Origin: Angustibacter luteus
Lineage (GTDB): Bacteria > Actinomycetota > Actinomycetes > Actinomycetales > Angustibacteraceae
Length of the DNA: 64,000 nt
Direction of reading: 5' to 3'
NCBI RefSeq assembly: GCF_039541115.1
Contig: NZ_BAABFP010000002.1
Coordinates: 620,001-684,000, forward strand
The position numbers and the translations under genes are program-made. Below, one piece after another: positions 18,130 through 26,569 of this stretch. The notes below the pieces were generated by a model, which did not search any database, was not told where the DNA came from, and saw only the letters and a list, made by a program, of their open reading frames with translations. Positions within the stretch are counted from its first letter, which is position 1; every line of letters begins with the position of its first letter.

Positions 18130-19265
18130 GGCGTGTCCAGCCCGTCGCCCAGCGCAGCGTCCAGATACTGCTTCCACGGAGTGTCCAGGTCGGGCGCCCG
18201 CACCCCCGCCCGCAGCTGGTCGAGCACACCGGGCGCCGCCAGCCGGGCGACGGCCTGGGCCAGCGCGCCCACGTCGTCCGGCGGCACGAGCAGACCGTCG
18301 ACCCCGTCCCGGACGTCGTCGGCGAAGGTCCCGGTGCGGGTGGCCAGCACCGGCAGGCCGTGCGCAAACCCGAGCAGCGCGTTCTGCGACGCTGTCGCGG
18401 ACCGGTACGGCAGGGCGAGCACGTCGTGCTCGGCGAGCAGCCCGGCCAGCGCGGGCGCGGGCACGTACCCGGCGCGCAGCCCGACGACGTCCGTCGAGCC
18501 GACCTCCGCCGACCCCTGCTGCGCCGCCAGCTCGCGCACCCGATCACCGGCGCTCCCCCACAGCTCGCCGGCCACCGTCAGCCGCACGTCGACCCCGCCG
18601 GCAACGGCCCGCTGCACGGCTTCGATGAGCAGGTCGGTGCCCTTGTACTCGCGGACCATGCCGAGCGCCAGCAGCCGCACCGGCGGGTCGTGCGGCGTCC
18701 GCGGCAGCGCAGCACCGCCAGGCAGGTGCGGCGGCAACGGCACCTGGCGCACCGCGCGCGCCCCCAGCGAGCGGGCCAGCTGGGCCTGCTCGGCGGAGTG
18801 CACCAGGACGGCGTCCGCCCGGCGCAGCAGCGCCCGGACCAGCTGCACCGCACCGGGATGCGGCTCGTGCGGCAGCACGTTGTGCGCGACCACGGTGACC
18901 GGCGTCCCCCGCCCGAGAGCGCGCAGCAGCGCCAGGTGAGCGGGCACGACCGCGGGCACCACGTGCACCAGGACGACGTGGTCGACGCCGATCGGATCGC
19001 TGGCACGCAAGGAGCGCCCGACCCGCCACCACGAACCCGGCCGGTCCCAGGCCAGCGGCCGCGAGGTCGCCGGGAACGGTGCGAGGTCGGGGACGCCCTG
19101 CGGCACCGCCTGCTCGCCCGGGTACAGCGCCTTCGGGTAGAGCCGGGACCACGACACGAGCCGGGTCTGGTGCCCGGCCTGCTCGAGCCGGTGGGCCAGC
19201 TCGGTGGTGTGGGCGGCCACGCCACCCTTCAGCGGGTACGTCGGACCGACGACGGCTACTCGCAT
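18126..19265 (-). CDS. GT4 glycosyltransferase
   Basis: VVGPTYPLKGGVA, HNVLPHE, GMVREYKG, LPYRSATAS. Confidence 0.9.
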   Translation of the reverse strand: MRVAVVGPTYPLKGGVAAHTTELAHRLEQAGHQTRLVSWSRLYPKALYPGEQAVPQGVPDLAPFPATSRPLAWDRPGSWWRVGRSLRASDPIGVDHVVLVHVVPAVVPAHLALLRALGRGTPVTVVAHNVLPHEPHPGAVQLVRALLRRADAVLVHSAEQAQLARSLGARAVRQVPLPPHLPGGAALPRTPHDPPVRLLALGMVREYKGTDLLIEAVQRAVAGGVDVRLTVAGELWGSAGDRVRELAAQQGSAEVGSTDVVGLRAGYVPAPALAGLLAEHDVLALPYRSATASQNALLGFAHGLPVLATRTGTFADDVRDGVDGLLVPPDDVGALAQAVARLAAPGVLDQLRAGVRAPDLDTPWKQYLDAALGDGLDTP

Positions 19266-19280
19266 GCGCGCCGTCGCACC

Positions 19281-19316
19281 CTCACACGCCGTCTCACACG
19301 CCGTCTCACACGCCGT
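19281..19316. repeat. 12-bp tandem repeat x3 that includes the GT2 stop codon
   Basis: (CTCACACGCCGT)3; the minus strand reads GAC GGC GTG TGA three times. Confidence 0.9.
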
Positions 19317-20271
19317 CTCGGGACCGGACGACGAGGTCGGACAGCAGCGCGAGCGAGCCGATCATCAGGCCGCTGACCACCAGCAGCACGGTGCTCGCCG
19401 GGAAGTAGAACGGGTGCCGGACCATGTCCACGACGCCCTTGAGCAGCCCGATCCCGGCCAGCCACAGCGCCAGCGGCATCAGGACCTTGAGCGGGTCGAA
19501 GTACATGACCATCCGCAGCACCTGCAGGATGTAGCGGTACGCATCGCGCACGAAGTGGAACTTCGAGACGCCGGCCCGCTTGGCGTAGTGGATCTCCACG
19601 TACTTGATGTCGTGCTGGTTCTGCAGGAACGCCAACGTGATCGTGGTGACGCAGCTGAAGCCGGGGGGCAGCAGCCGCAGGTACGGCAGCGCGACCTCGC
19701 GGCGGAACGCCCGCAGACCCGAGTTCAGGTCCGGGATCTTCTGGTTGCTGAGCCGCTCGGCGACCTTGCGGATCAACCACTTCGCCGGCACCCGCAGGAT
19801 CTTGTGGGTGCCCTCCTCCGTCGTCCGGGCGCCCACGACCTGGTCGTACGACGGGTCGTCGCGCAGGATCCGGACCAGCTCGGGGATCCGCTCGTTCGGG
19901 TACGTCATGTCCGCGTCGGTCCAGACCACGACCTGACCGCGGGCCATGGTGGTCCCGATCCGCCGAGCCGTGCCGGACCCGCCGTTGCGCCGGAACGGCA
20001 CGACCTTGACGGACGGGAACCGCTGCGCGGCCTCGTGCAGGACGGCGAGGGTGCCGTCGGTGCTCGCGTCGTCGATGGCGAGCACCTCGTAGCTGAACTC
20101 GCTGGCGTCCAGCGACTCACAGATCCGCTCGACCTCCGCCATCACGTGGTCCTGCTCGTTGAACGCGGGCAGCACGACCGTGACGTACGGCTTGGGCTGG
20201 GGCGCCTCGAGCTCGGACGTTGCGGGGGCGTCGGACGTCGGGATGACCTGGGTGGCCGGGTGCTCTGTCAT
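19306..20271 (-). CDS. GT2 glycosyltransferase, polyprenyl-phosphate sugar synthase-like
   Basis: VVLPAFNE, IDDASTDGT, WTDADMTY, DLNSGLRAF, two C-terminal TM helices. Confidence 0.9.
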   Translation of the reverse strand: MTEHPATQVIPTSDAPATSELEAPQPKPYVTVVLPAFNEQDHVMAEVERICESLDASEFSYEVLAIDDASTDGTLAVLHEAAQRFPSVKVVPFRRNGGSGTARRIGTTMARGQVVVWTDADMTYPNERIPELVRILRDDPSYDQVVGARTTEEGTHKILRVPAKWLIRKVAERLSNQKIPDLNSGLRAFRREVALPYLRLLPPGFSCVTTITLAFLQNQHDIKYVEIHYAKRAGVSKFHFVRDAYRYILQVLRMVMYFDPLKVLMPLALWLAGIGLLKGVVDMVRHPFYFPASTVLLVVSGLMIGSLALLSDLVVRSRDGV

Positions 20272-20310
20272 GTCGGCGATGAGCGTACCTGGACTGCCAG
20301 GCAGGGTCGC

Positions 20311-22350
20311 TCAGGTGGCGGGCGCCAGCCACAGGTCGACCGACAGCGGCGCATCGCCGTCCGGACGTCGGGTCAGCAGCCGCTGGTCCTCGACCGTGCC
20401 CACCCGCACGACCTGGCTGGGAGCCGCACCGAGCCGGCGCAGCGCATCCGGCGACCCGGCGCTGACCACGACCGGACGGCGACCCGCGCCCAGGACCGCC
20501 TGGGAGACCGCCACCACGGTGGCCAGGTCGGCCGGTTTCGCGGACGACGAGGCCACCACGACCGTGGGGACGTCGCAGACTCCGCGCAGCACCTGCGTCC
20601 ACTCGTTGGCGGCCCGGCTGTCGACCAGGACGGCGGTGTCGTCCGGTCCGAAGGCGTCGCAGGCCCGCGCCACGGCGGCCGGCTCACCGCGCTCGGTCCG
20701 CTGGCCGGCCAGCGGCCAGGTGGCCAGCAGGCCCGGCACCACGATGGCGAGCGCCGCGGCGGCGACCAGCACCGGCCGGACGGCGGCCGCGGTCCAGCGC
20801 GCAGCGGCCAGCGCCGCCAGCCCGCGGGCCCCGGCGACTGCGAGCAGCAGCACGGTGGGCAGCACGACCGGGACGAGCCGGCGGTCGGCCCACGGGTGGT
20901 CCGGCGTGATGCCGGGGCGGTAGAGGGTCAGGACCGTCGACCCCAGGGCCGCGACGAGCAGCACCGTCCAGGCCGGCAGCTCGTCGTCGTCCGCCCAGGC
21001 CCGAGCGACCCGCCGGGCCGCGCCGACGGCCCCGACCAGGGCGAGCAGCAGGGCGGGGAGTCCCACCCACCAGGCCACCCACTGCAGGCTGTGCTCCGCG
21101 TAGGTGCGGCCACCGTCCACCGGCAGCCCCTGGGCGACCTGCAGGGCCGCGACCACCCGTGACCCGGAGTCGGCCGCGCTCTGCCGGACCGTCTGCCACA
21201 GCGGCCGGCTGGCCAGCAGCACCGCGACCAGGGCGACCGCGGCGGGCAGCAGCCACGGCAGCCGGCTGCGCACCCCGTCAGGCAACCGGACGCCACGACC
21301 GGCCAGCAGCACCACCGCCGCCGAGCCGACCGCGAACAGCACTGCCAGCGCGGCGAGCGGCACCAGGGAGGCCGAGATGGAGGCCAGGTAGGGCCGGCTG
21401 AGCAGTGCGGCCGACGCGGCCGCGGCGAGCGTCGCGACCAGCAGCCCCAGGACGAACCGTCCCGCGACCGATCGCTCGAGCCGGCCCCGGGTGGCCAGCA
21501 GCGCGGCGGCGGGCAGCAGCATCGCGGTCTCGCGCACCGCGTCGACGCGGACCAGCGCGGTGCCACCGATCAGCAGCCCGGCCAGCAGCGCCAGCCGGGG
21601 CGAGAGCGCGCGGCAGGCGGCCACCAGCAACCCGGCCCCGGCGCACGCGACGAGCAGTGCGAACGGCTCCGAGTACGTCGCCCGACCGGCGTGCAGCACC
21701 GGCTGGCAGACGGCCAGGGCGGTGGTCGCGAGCAGGCCCCACCACCCCCCGACGAGCCGGACGGCGAGGGCGCCGAAGGCCAGGACGGCGGCGCCCAGCG
21801 CGACCGCGGGGACCAGCAGGAGGCCGGTCCAGCCGCCCAGCCACCAGCCGACGGACAGCCAGAGCGGGGTGGCCACCAGGAACTGCGGGACGACGTGCGT
21901 GCCGGTACCGCTGCCCTGCTCGTAGAAGCCGGGAGACCCCACCCCGACCCCGGGCAGCGCCAGGACCTTCGCACCACCGAGGTCGTCGACCGACACGTCG
22001 ACCCGGCCCTGGTGCGTCGTCGCCAGGTGCTGGCCGAACAACGCGTAGGTGCCGGCGTCCCGGCGGAGCACCGTGTGCTCGGCGTGCGTCGCACCGGCCC
22101 ACACCCCGGCGCCGACCGCGACGGCCAGCACCAGGGCCGCCGCGGGGGCCCCCACGTCGGCCACCGGCACCCGCCGGGCCAGCAGCACGGCCGGCAGCGC
22201 GCCGACCAGCAGCACCACCGCGGCCACGGGTGGCACCCAGGCCCCGACGGCGACCAGCGGGACGGCCAGCACGGTCACGGCCAGTACCCACGTGGCCAGC
22301 CCGCACCCGGTCCTGCTCAGCGCGGCGGCCAGCCGGCCGCGCTCAGGCAT
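20311..22350 (-). CDS. Multi-TM membrane protein, GT-C-fold glycosyltransferase-like
   Basis: Many TM helices; RRDAGTY in the first large loop; YSEP, RVD and DHPWADRRL motifs; operon context. Confidence 0.7.
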   Translation of the reverse strand: MPERGRLAAALSRTGCGLATWVLAVTVLAVPLVAVGAWVPPVAAVVLLVGALPAVLLARRVPVADVGAPAAALVLAVAVGAGVWAGATHAEHTVLRRDAGTYALFGQHLATTHQGRVDVSVDDLGGAKVLALPGVGVGSPGFYEQGSGTGTHVVPQFLVATPLWLSVGWWLGGWTGLLLVPAVALGAAVLAFGALAVRLVGGWWGLLATTALAVCQPVLHAGRATYSEPFALLVACAGAGLLVAACRALSPRLALLAGLLIGGTALVRVDAVRETAMLLPAAALLATRGRLERSVAGRFVLGLLVATLAAAASAALLSRPYLASISASLVPLAALAVLFAVGSAAVVLLAGRGVRLPDGVRSRLPWLLPAAVALVAVLLASRPLWQTVRQSAADSGSRVVAALQVAQGLPVDGGRTYAEHSLQWVAWWVGLPALLLALVGAVGAARRVARAWADDDELPAWTVLLVAALGSTVLTLYRPGITPDHPWADRRLVPVVLPTVLLLAVAGARGLAALAAARWTAAAVRPVLVAAAALAIVVPGLLATWPLAGQRTERGEPAAVARACDAFGPDDTAVLVDSRAANEWTQVLRGVCDVPTVVVASSSAKPADLATVVAVSQAVLGAGRRPVVVSAGSPDALRRLGAAPSQVVRVGTVEDQRLLTRRPDGDAPLSVDLWLAPAT

Positions 22351-23323
22351 GCCGCAGCGGCTGCCACCACTCGCGGTGGTCGTGGTACCACGCGACGGTG
22401 GCCGCCAGGCCCTCGTCGAACGGCACGGCCGGCGCGTACCCGAGCTCGGCGGAGATCTTGCTGATGTCCACGCTGTAGCGACGGTCGTGGCCCTTGCGGT
22501 CCTCCACCGGGCGCACGCTGCTCCAGTCCTTGCCGGCCGCGGCGACCAGCCGCTCCGTCAGCTCCCGGTTGGTCAGCTCCGTGCCGCCGCCGATGTTGTA
22601 GATCTCGCCGGGGCGTCCACCGTCCCGGACGAGCTCGATGCCCCGGCAGTGGTCGTCGACGTGCAGCCAGTCCCGCACGTTGAGCCCGTCGCCGTACAGC
22701 GGCACCTGCTCGCCGTCCATCAGGTTGGTCACGAACAGCGGGATGACCTTCTCGGGGAACTGGTACGGGCCGTAGTTGTTGGAGCAGCGGGTGATGTTCA
22801 CCGGGAGGTGGTGGGTCCGGTGGTAGGCGCGGGCCAGCAGGTCGCTGGACGCCTTGCTCGCCGAGTACGGCGAGTTCGGCAGCAACGGCTCGTCCTCCGT
22901 CCAGGACCCCTCGTCGATCGAGCCGTACACCTCATCCGTGGACACGTGCACGAACTTCTCGATGCCGTGCCGGATCGCGCCGTCCAAGAGGGTCTGGGTG
23001 CCGACGACGTTGGTCTCGACGAACGCGGCCGCACCGGCGATCGAGCGGTCCACGTGCGACTCGGCGGCGAAGTGCACGACCTCGTCGACCTCGGACATCA
23101 GCTCGTCGACCAGCCCGGCGTCGCAGATGTCGCCGTGCACGAAGCGCAGCCGCGGCGAGTCGGCGACCGGGTCGAGGTTCGCCCGCACCCCCGCGTACGT
23201 GAGCTTGTCCAGGACGACGACGTGCGCGTCAGCCAGCGCGGGGTAAGCACCGCCGACCGCCTGCCGCACGTAGTGGGAGCCGATGAAGCCGGCACCTCCG
23301 GTGACAAGAACCTTCACGGTCAC
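22343..23323 (-). CDS. rfbB: dTDP-glucose 4,6-dehydratase (RmlB)
   Basis: VTGGAGFIGS, DKLTYAG, HFAAESHVDRS, STDEVYG, YSASKA, NNYGPYQFPEK. Confidence 0.97.
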   Translation of the reverse strand: MTVKVLVTGGAGFIGSHYVRQAVGGAYPALADAHVVVLDKLTYAGVRANLDPVADSPRLRFVHGDICDAGLVDELMSEVDEVVHFAAESHVDRSIAGAAAFVETNVVGTQTLLDGAIRHGIEKFVHVSTDEVYGSIDEGSWTEDEPLLPNSPYSASKASSDLLARAYHRTHHLPVNITRCSNNYGPYQFPEKVIPLFVTNLMDGEQVPLYGDGLNVRDWLHVDDHCRGIELVRDGGRPGEIYNIGGGTELTNRELTERLVAAAGKDWSSVRPVEDRKGHDRRYSVDISKISAELGYAPAVPFDEGLAATVAWYHDHREWWQPLRHA

Positions 23324-23354
23324 GAACCTCCCAGTAGACGGCTAGGGTCTGCGC

Positions 23355-24227
23355 ATGCGCGGGATCATCTTGGCAGGCGGTTCGGGGACTCGACTGCACC
23401 CTGTGACGATCGGCGTCAGCAAGCAGCTCGTCCCGGTCTACGACAAGCCGATGATCTACTACCCGCTGTCGATGCTGATCATGGCCGGGATCCGCGACGT
23501 CCTGGTGATCACCACCCCGCACGACGCGGCCCAGTTCGAGCGGCTCCTGGGTGACGGGTCGCAGTTCGGCATCAGCATCACGTTCGCCCAGCAGCCCAGC
23601 CCGGACGGCCTGGCCCAGGCGTTCATCATCGGCCGTGAGTTCGTCGGCACCGACACGGTGGCCCTCGTGCTGGGCGACAACATCTTCTACGGGCCGGGCC
23701 TGGGCACCCAGCTGCGCAAGAACGTCGACCTGGAGGGCGGCCTGGTGTACGCCTACCAGGTCGGCGACCCACAGGCGTACGGCGTCGTGGAGTTCGACTC
23801 CGCCGGGCGCGCGATCTCGTTGGAGGAGAAGCCGGCCGAGCCGCGCAGCGACTACGCCGTGCCGGGGCTGTACTTCTACGACAACGACGTGCTCGACATC
23901 GCCGCTGCCCTCGAGCCGTCGCCCCGCGGCGAGCTCGAGATCACCGACGTGAACCGCGTCTACCTCGAGCAGGGCCGGCTGGCCGTCGAGGTGCTGCCCC
24001 GCGGCACGGCGTGGCTCGACACCGGCACCTTCGAGTCCCTGATGAGCGCCAGCGAGTTCGTCCGGGTCATCGAGAGCCGCCAGGGCCTGAAGATCGGCTG
24101 CCCGGAGGAAGTGGCCTGGCGCAGTGGCTTCCTGGACGACGACCAGCTGCGCGCCGCCGGCGAGGCGCTCGCGAAGTCGGGCTACGGCTCGTACCTGCTC
24201 GGCCTGTTGCGCAACGGCAAGGACTGA
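23355..24227 (+). CDS. rfbA: Glucose-1-phosphate thymidylyltransferase (RmlA)
   Basis: [51 protein letters not shown]. Confidence 0.97.
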   Translation: MRGIILAGGSGTRLHPVTIGVSKQLVPVYDKPMIYYPLSMLIMAGIRDVLVITTPHDAAQFERLLGDGSQFGISITFAQQPSPDGLAQAFIIGREFVGTDTVALVLGDNIFYGPGLGTQLRKNVDLEGGLVYAYQVGDPQAYGVVEFDSAGRAISLEEKPAEPRSDYAVPGLYFYDNDVLDIAAALEPSPRGELEITDVNRVYLEQGRLAVEVLPRGTAWLDTGTFESLMSASEFVRVIESRQGLKIGCPEEVAWRSGFLDDDQLRAAGEALAKSGYGSYLLGLLRNGKD

Positions 24228-24258
24228 CGGGCCCGCGACTGACCCCGCGGCCGACAGG

Positions 24259-25122
24259 TCAGGCCAGCACGGTCGGCGCGGCGGCCGCGAACCGCTCGCG
24301 CCAGTCGCCGATCGGTTCGACGCCGGCGCGGACCAGCGCGCCGTGGCCCAGCACGGAGAAGGCCGGCCGCGGTGCCGGGCGGACGAAGGCCGCGGACGTG
24401 GTCGGGCGCACCCGCTGCGGGTCGGCACCCGCCGCCCGGGCGACCTCCTGGGCGAACTCGTGCCAGGAGCCGCGACCGGACGACGTGGCGTGGTAGGTGC
24501 CGGCCGGGGCCTCGTGGGTCAGCAGGTCGACGACGACGCGCGCGACGTCCACCGTCCACGTGGGCTGCCCGACCTGGTCGGCGACGACGTCCAGGGTGTC
24601 CCGCTGGGTGAGCGCCCCCGCGATCGTCTTCGGGAAGCAGCGCCCGGCGGCGCCGTACAGCCAGGCGGTCCGGACCACCAGGACGTCCGCGTGCTCGGCC
24701 CGGGCGGCCCACTCCCCGGCCCCCTTGGTCCGCCCGTAGGCCGAGCGCGGCGCCATCGGCGCGTCCTCGGCGTAGGGCTCGCTCGCCGTCCCGTCGAACA
24801 CGTAGTCGGTCGAGACCTGCACGAGCCGGGCGCCACTGCGGCGGCAGGCGATGCCCAGGTGCGCCGCGCCGAGCGCGTTCACCGCGAAGGCCGGACCCTC
24901 CTGGGTCTCGGCGTCGTCCACGGCCGTCCAGGCCGCGCAGTTCACCACCACGTCGTGGCCCGCGACCTGCTCGACGCACGCAGCGGCGTCCGTCACGTCG
25001 AGCTCGCGACTGCCGACCGAGGTCACCGTCCGACCGCTCGCGGTGAGAGCGGCGACCACGTCCGTCCCGAGCATCCCCGCGGCCCCGACGACGAGCCAGC
25101 GGTCCGTTGCACCATCAGCCAT
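24259..25122 (-). CDS. rfbD: dTDP-4-dehydrorhamnose reductase (RmlD)
   Basis: GAAGMLG, NCAAWTAVD, STDYVFDG, YGRTK, RTAWLY, DQVGQPT, RPAPRPAFS. Confidence 0.96.
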   Translation of the reverse strand: MADGATDRWLVVGAAGMLGTDVVAALTASGRTVTSVGSRELDVTDAAACVEQVAGHDVVVNCAAWTAVDDAETQEGPAFAVNALGAAHLGIACRRSGARLVQVSTDYVFDGTASEPYAEDAPMAPRSAYGRTKGAGEWAARAEHADVLVVRTAWLYGAAGRCFPKTIAGALTQRDTLDVVADQVGQPTWTVDVARVVVDLLTHEAPAGTYHATSSGRGSWHEFAQEVARAAGADPQRVRPTTSAAFVRPAPRPAFSVLGHGALVRAGVEPIGDWRERFAAAAPTVLA

Positions 25123-25139
25123 CCGGCTAGTGTCGCAGC
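25123..25139. promoter_or_regulatory. Candidate bidirectional leaderless promoter between rmlD and rmlC
   Basis: Top TAGTGT (25128-25133) and bottom GACACT (25134-25129) each lie 6 nt from an ATG; the first bases of the two start codons are 18 bp apart. Confidence 0.7.
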
Positions 25140-25757
25140 ATGCAGATCACGCCGCTGACCATCGAGGGCGCCTGGAAGATCGTGCCGCGCCAGCACTCCG
25201 ACGACCGCGGGGTCTTCCTCGAGTGGTTCGCCGAGGCGGCGTTCGCCGAGGCGACCGGGCAGCGCTTGAACCTCGCCCAGGCCAACATCTCGACGTCCTC
25301 GGCGGGCGTCGTGCGCGGGATCCACTTCGCGCAGCTCCCGCCCAGCCAGGCCAAGTACGTCACCTGCCCGTCCGGGGCGGTGCTCGACGTCGTCGTGGAC
25401 ATCCGGGTCGGGTCACCGACCTTCGGGCAGTACGAGACGGTCGTGCTGGACGACGTCGAGCGGGCCGCGCTGTACCTGAGCGAGGGCCTGGGACACGGGT
25501 ACATGGCCCTGCGGGACGGCTCCGTGTTCGCCTACCTGTGCTCCGCGCCCTACGCACCCGGCCGCGAGCACGGCGTGAGCCCGATGTGCCCCGAGCTGGC
25601 GATCGAGTGGCCGACCACGGCCCCGGACGGCACCGCGCTAACCCCGCTCATGTCCCCGAAGGACCTGGCGGCGCCCACGCTGTCGCAGGCCCGGGAGCAG
25701 GGGCTGCTGCCGACCTACGCGCAGGTGCAGGACTTCCGCGCCACGCTGCGCAGATGA
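25140..25757 (+). CDS. rfbC: dTDP-4-dehydrorhamnose 3,5-epimerase (RmlC)
   Basis: DDRGVFLE, GVVRGIHF, QAKYVTC, DIRVGSPTFG, GLGHG. Confidence 0.96.
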   Translation: MQITPLTIEGAWKIVPRQHSDDRGVFLEWFAEAAFAEATGQRLNLAQANISTSSAGVVRGIHFAQLPPSQAKYVTCPSGAVLDVVVDIRVGSPTFGQYETVVLDDVERAALYLSEGLGHGYMALRDGSVFAYLCSAPYAPGREHGVSPMCPELAIEWPTTAPDGTALTPLMSPKDLAAPTLSQAREQGLLPTYAQVQDFRATLRR

Positions 25758-26569
25758 GCGCGAGCACGCCCGCCCACCTGCTCGCCGAGCTCGTCGCGCA
25801 GGACGGGACCCGCCCCCGGCTGACCTGGTACGACGACGCCGACGGCCCGACCCGCGGCGAACGGATCGAGCTGTCCGCACGGGTGCTGGCCACCTGGACG
25901 GCCAAGGCCGCGAACCTGCTCGTCGACGACCTCGGGGTCGAGCGCGGCGACGTCGTGGCGCTCGACCTGCCCGCCCACTGGCGGACCACCTACTGGGCCC
26001 TCGCCGTGTGGCGGGTGGGCGCCGTGGTGTCCCTGGGCGACGACCCGGCCGCCGCGGTCCGGGTCACCGCCACGCCCACCGCACCCACCGGGCTCGCCGG
26101 GACCACGGCCGCGCAGCAGGTGGCCGTGTCGCTGCCCGCACTGGCGCGGCGCTGGACGCCGACGGACCGAGGTCCGGCGGACCTGCCGGCTGGAGTGGTC
26201 GACGAGGCCGCCGACCTCGCGTCGCACCCGGACGTGTTCGTGCCCTACGACGAGCCCGAGCCGGACGACCCGGCCCTGCGGCACGCCGGCGGGGAGTGGG
26301 CGGCCGGTGGGCTGGTGGACGCGGCCCGGGGGCTGGCGACGGAGCGAGGCTGGCCACCGGGCGCGCGGGTCGCGGTCACCGCCCAGGACGTGGACGACGT
26401 CCTGCTGGCGCTGCTCGCGGCCTGGAGCACCGGCGGTTCGGCGGTCCTGGTCCGCCCCTCGTCGGATGCGGCGACGATCCCCGAACCCGTTGCGCTGCAG
26501 GCACGGTGGGACGCCGAGCGGGTCACCAGCGCTTACGGCCCACCGGGTAGACCTGCTTCTCGACCGTGA
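25754..26569 (+). CDS. TIGR03089 family protein
   Basis: ATGA overlap with rmlC; PRLTWYD, GERIELSA..LATWTAKAANLL, LPAHW. Confidence 0.88.
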   Translation: MSASTPAHLLAELVAQDGTRPRLTWYDDADGPTRGERIELSARVLATWTAKAANLLVDDLGVERGDVVALDLPAHWRTTYWALAVWRVGAVVSLGDDPAAAVRVTATPTAPTGLAGTTAAQQVAVSLPALARRWTPTDRGPADLPAGVVDEAADLASHPDVFVPYDEPEPDDPALRHAGGEWAAGGLVDAARGLATERGWPPGARVAVTAQDVDDVLLALLAAWSTGGSAVLVRPSSDAATIPEPVALQARWDAERVTSAYGPPGRPASRP

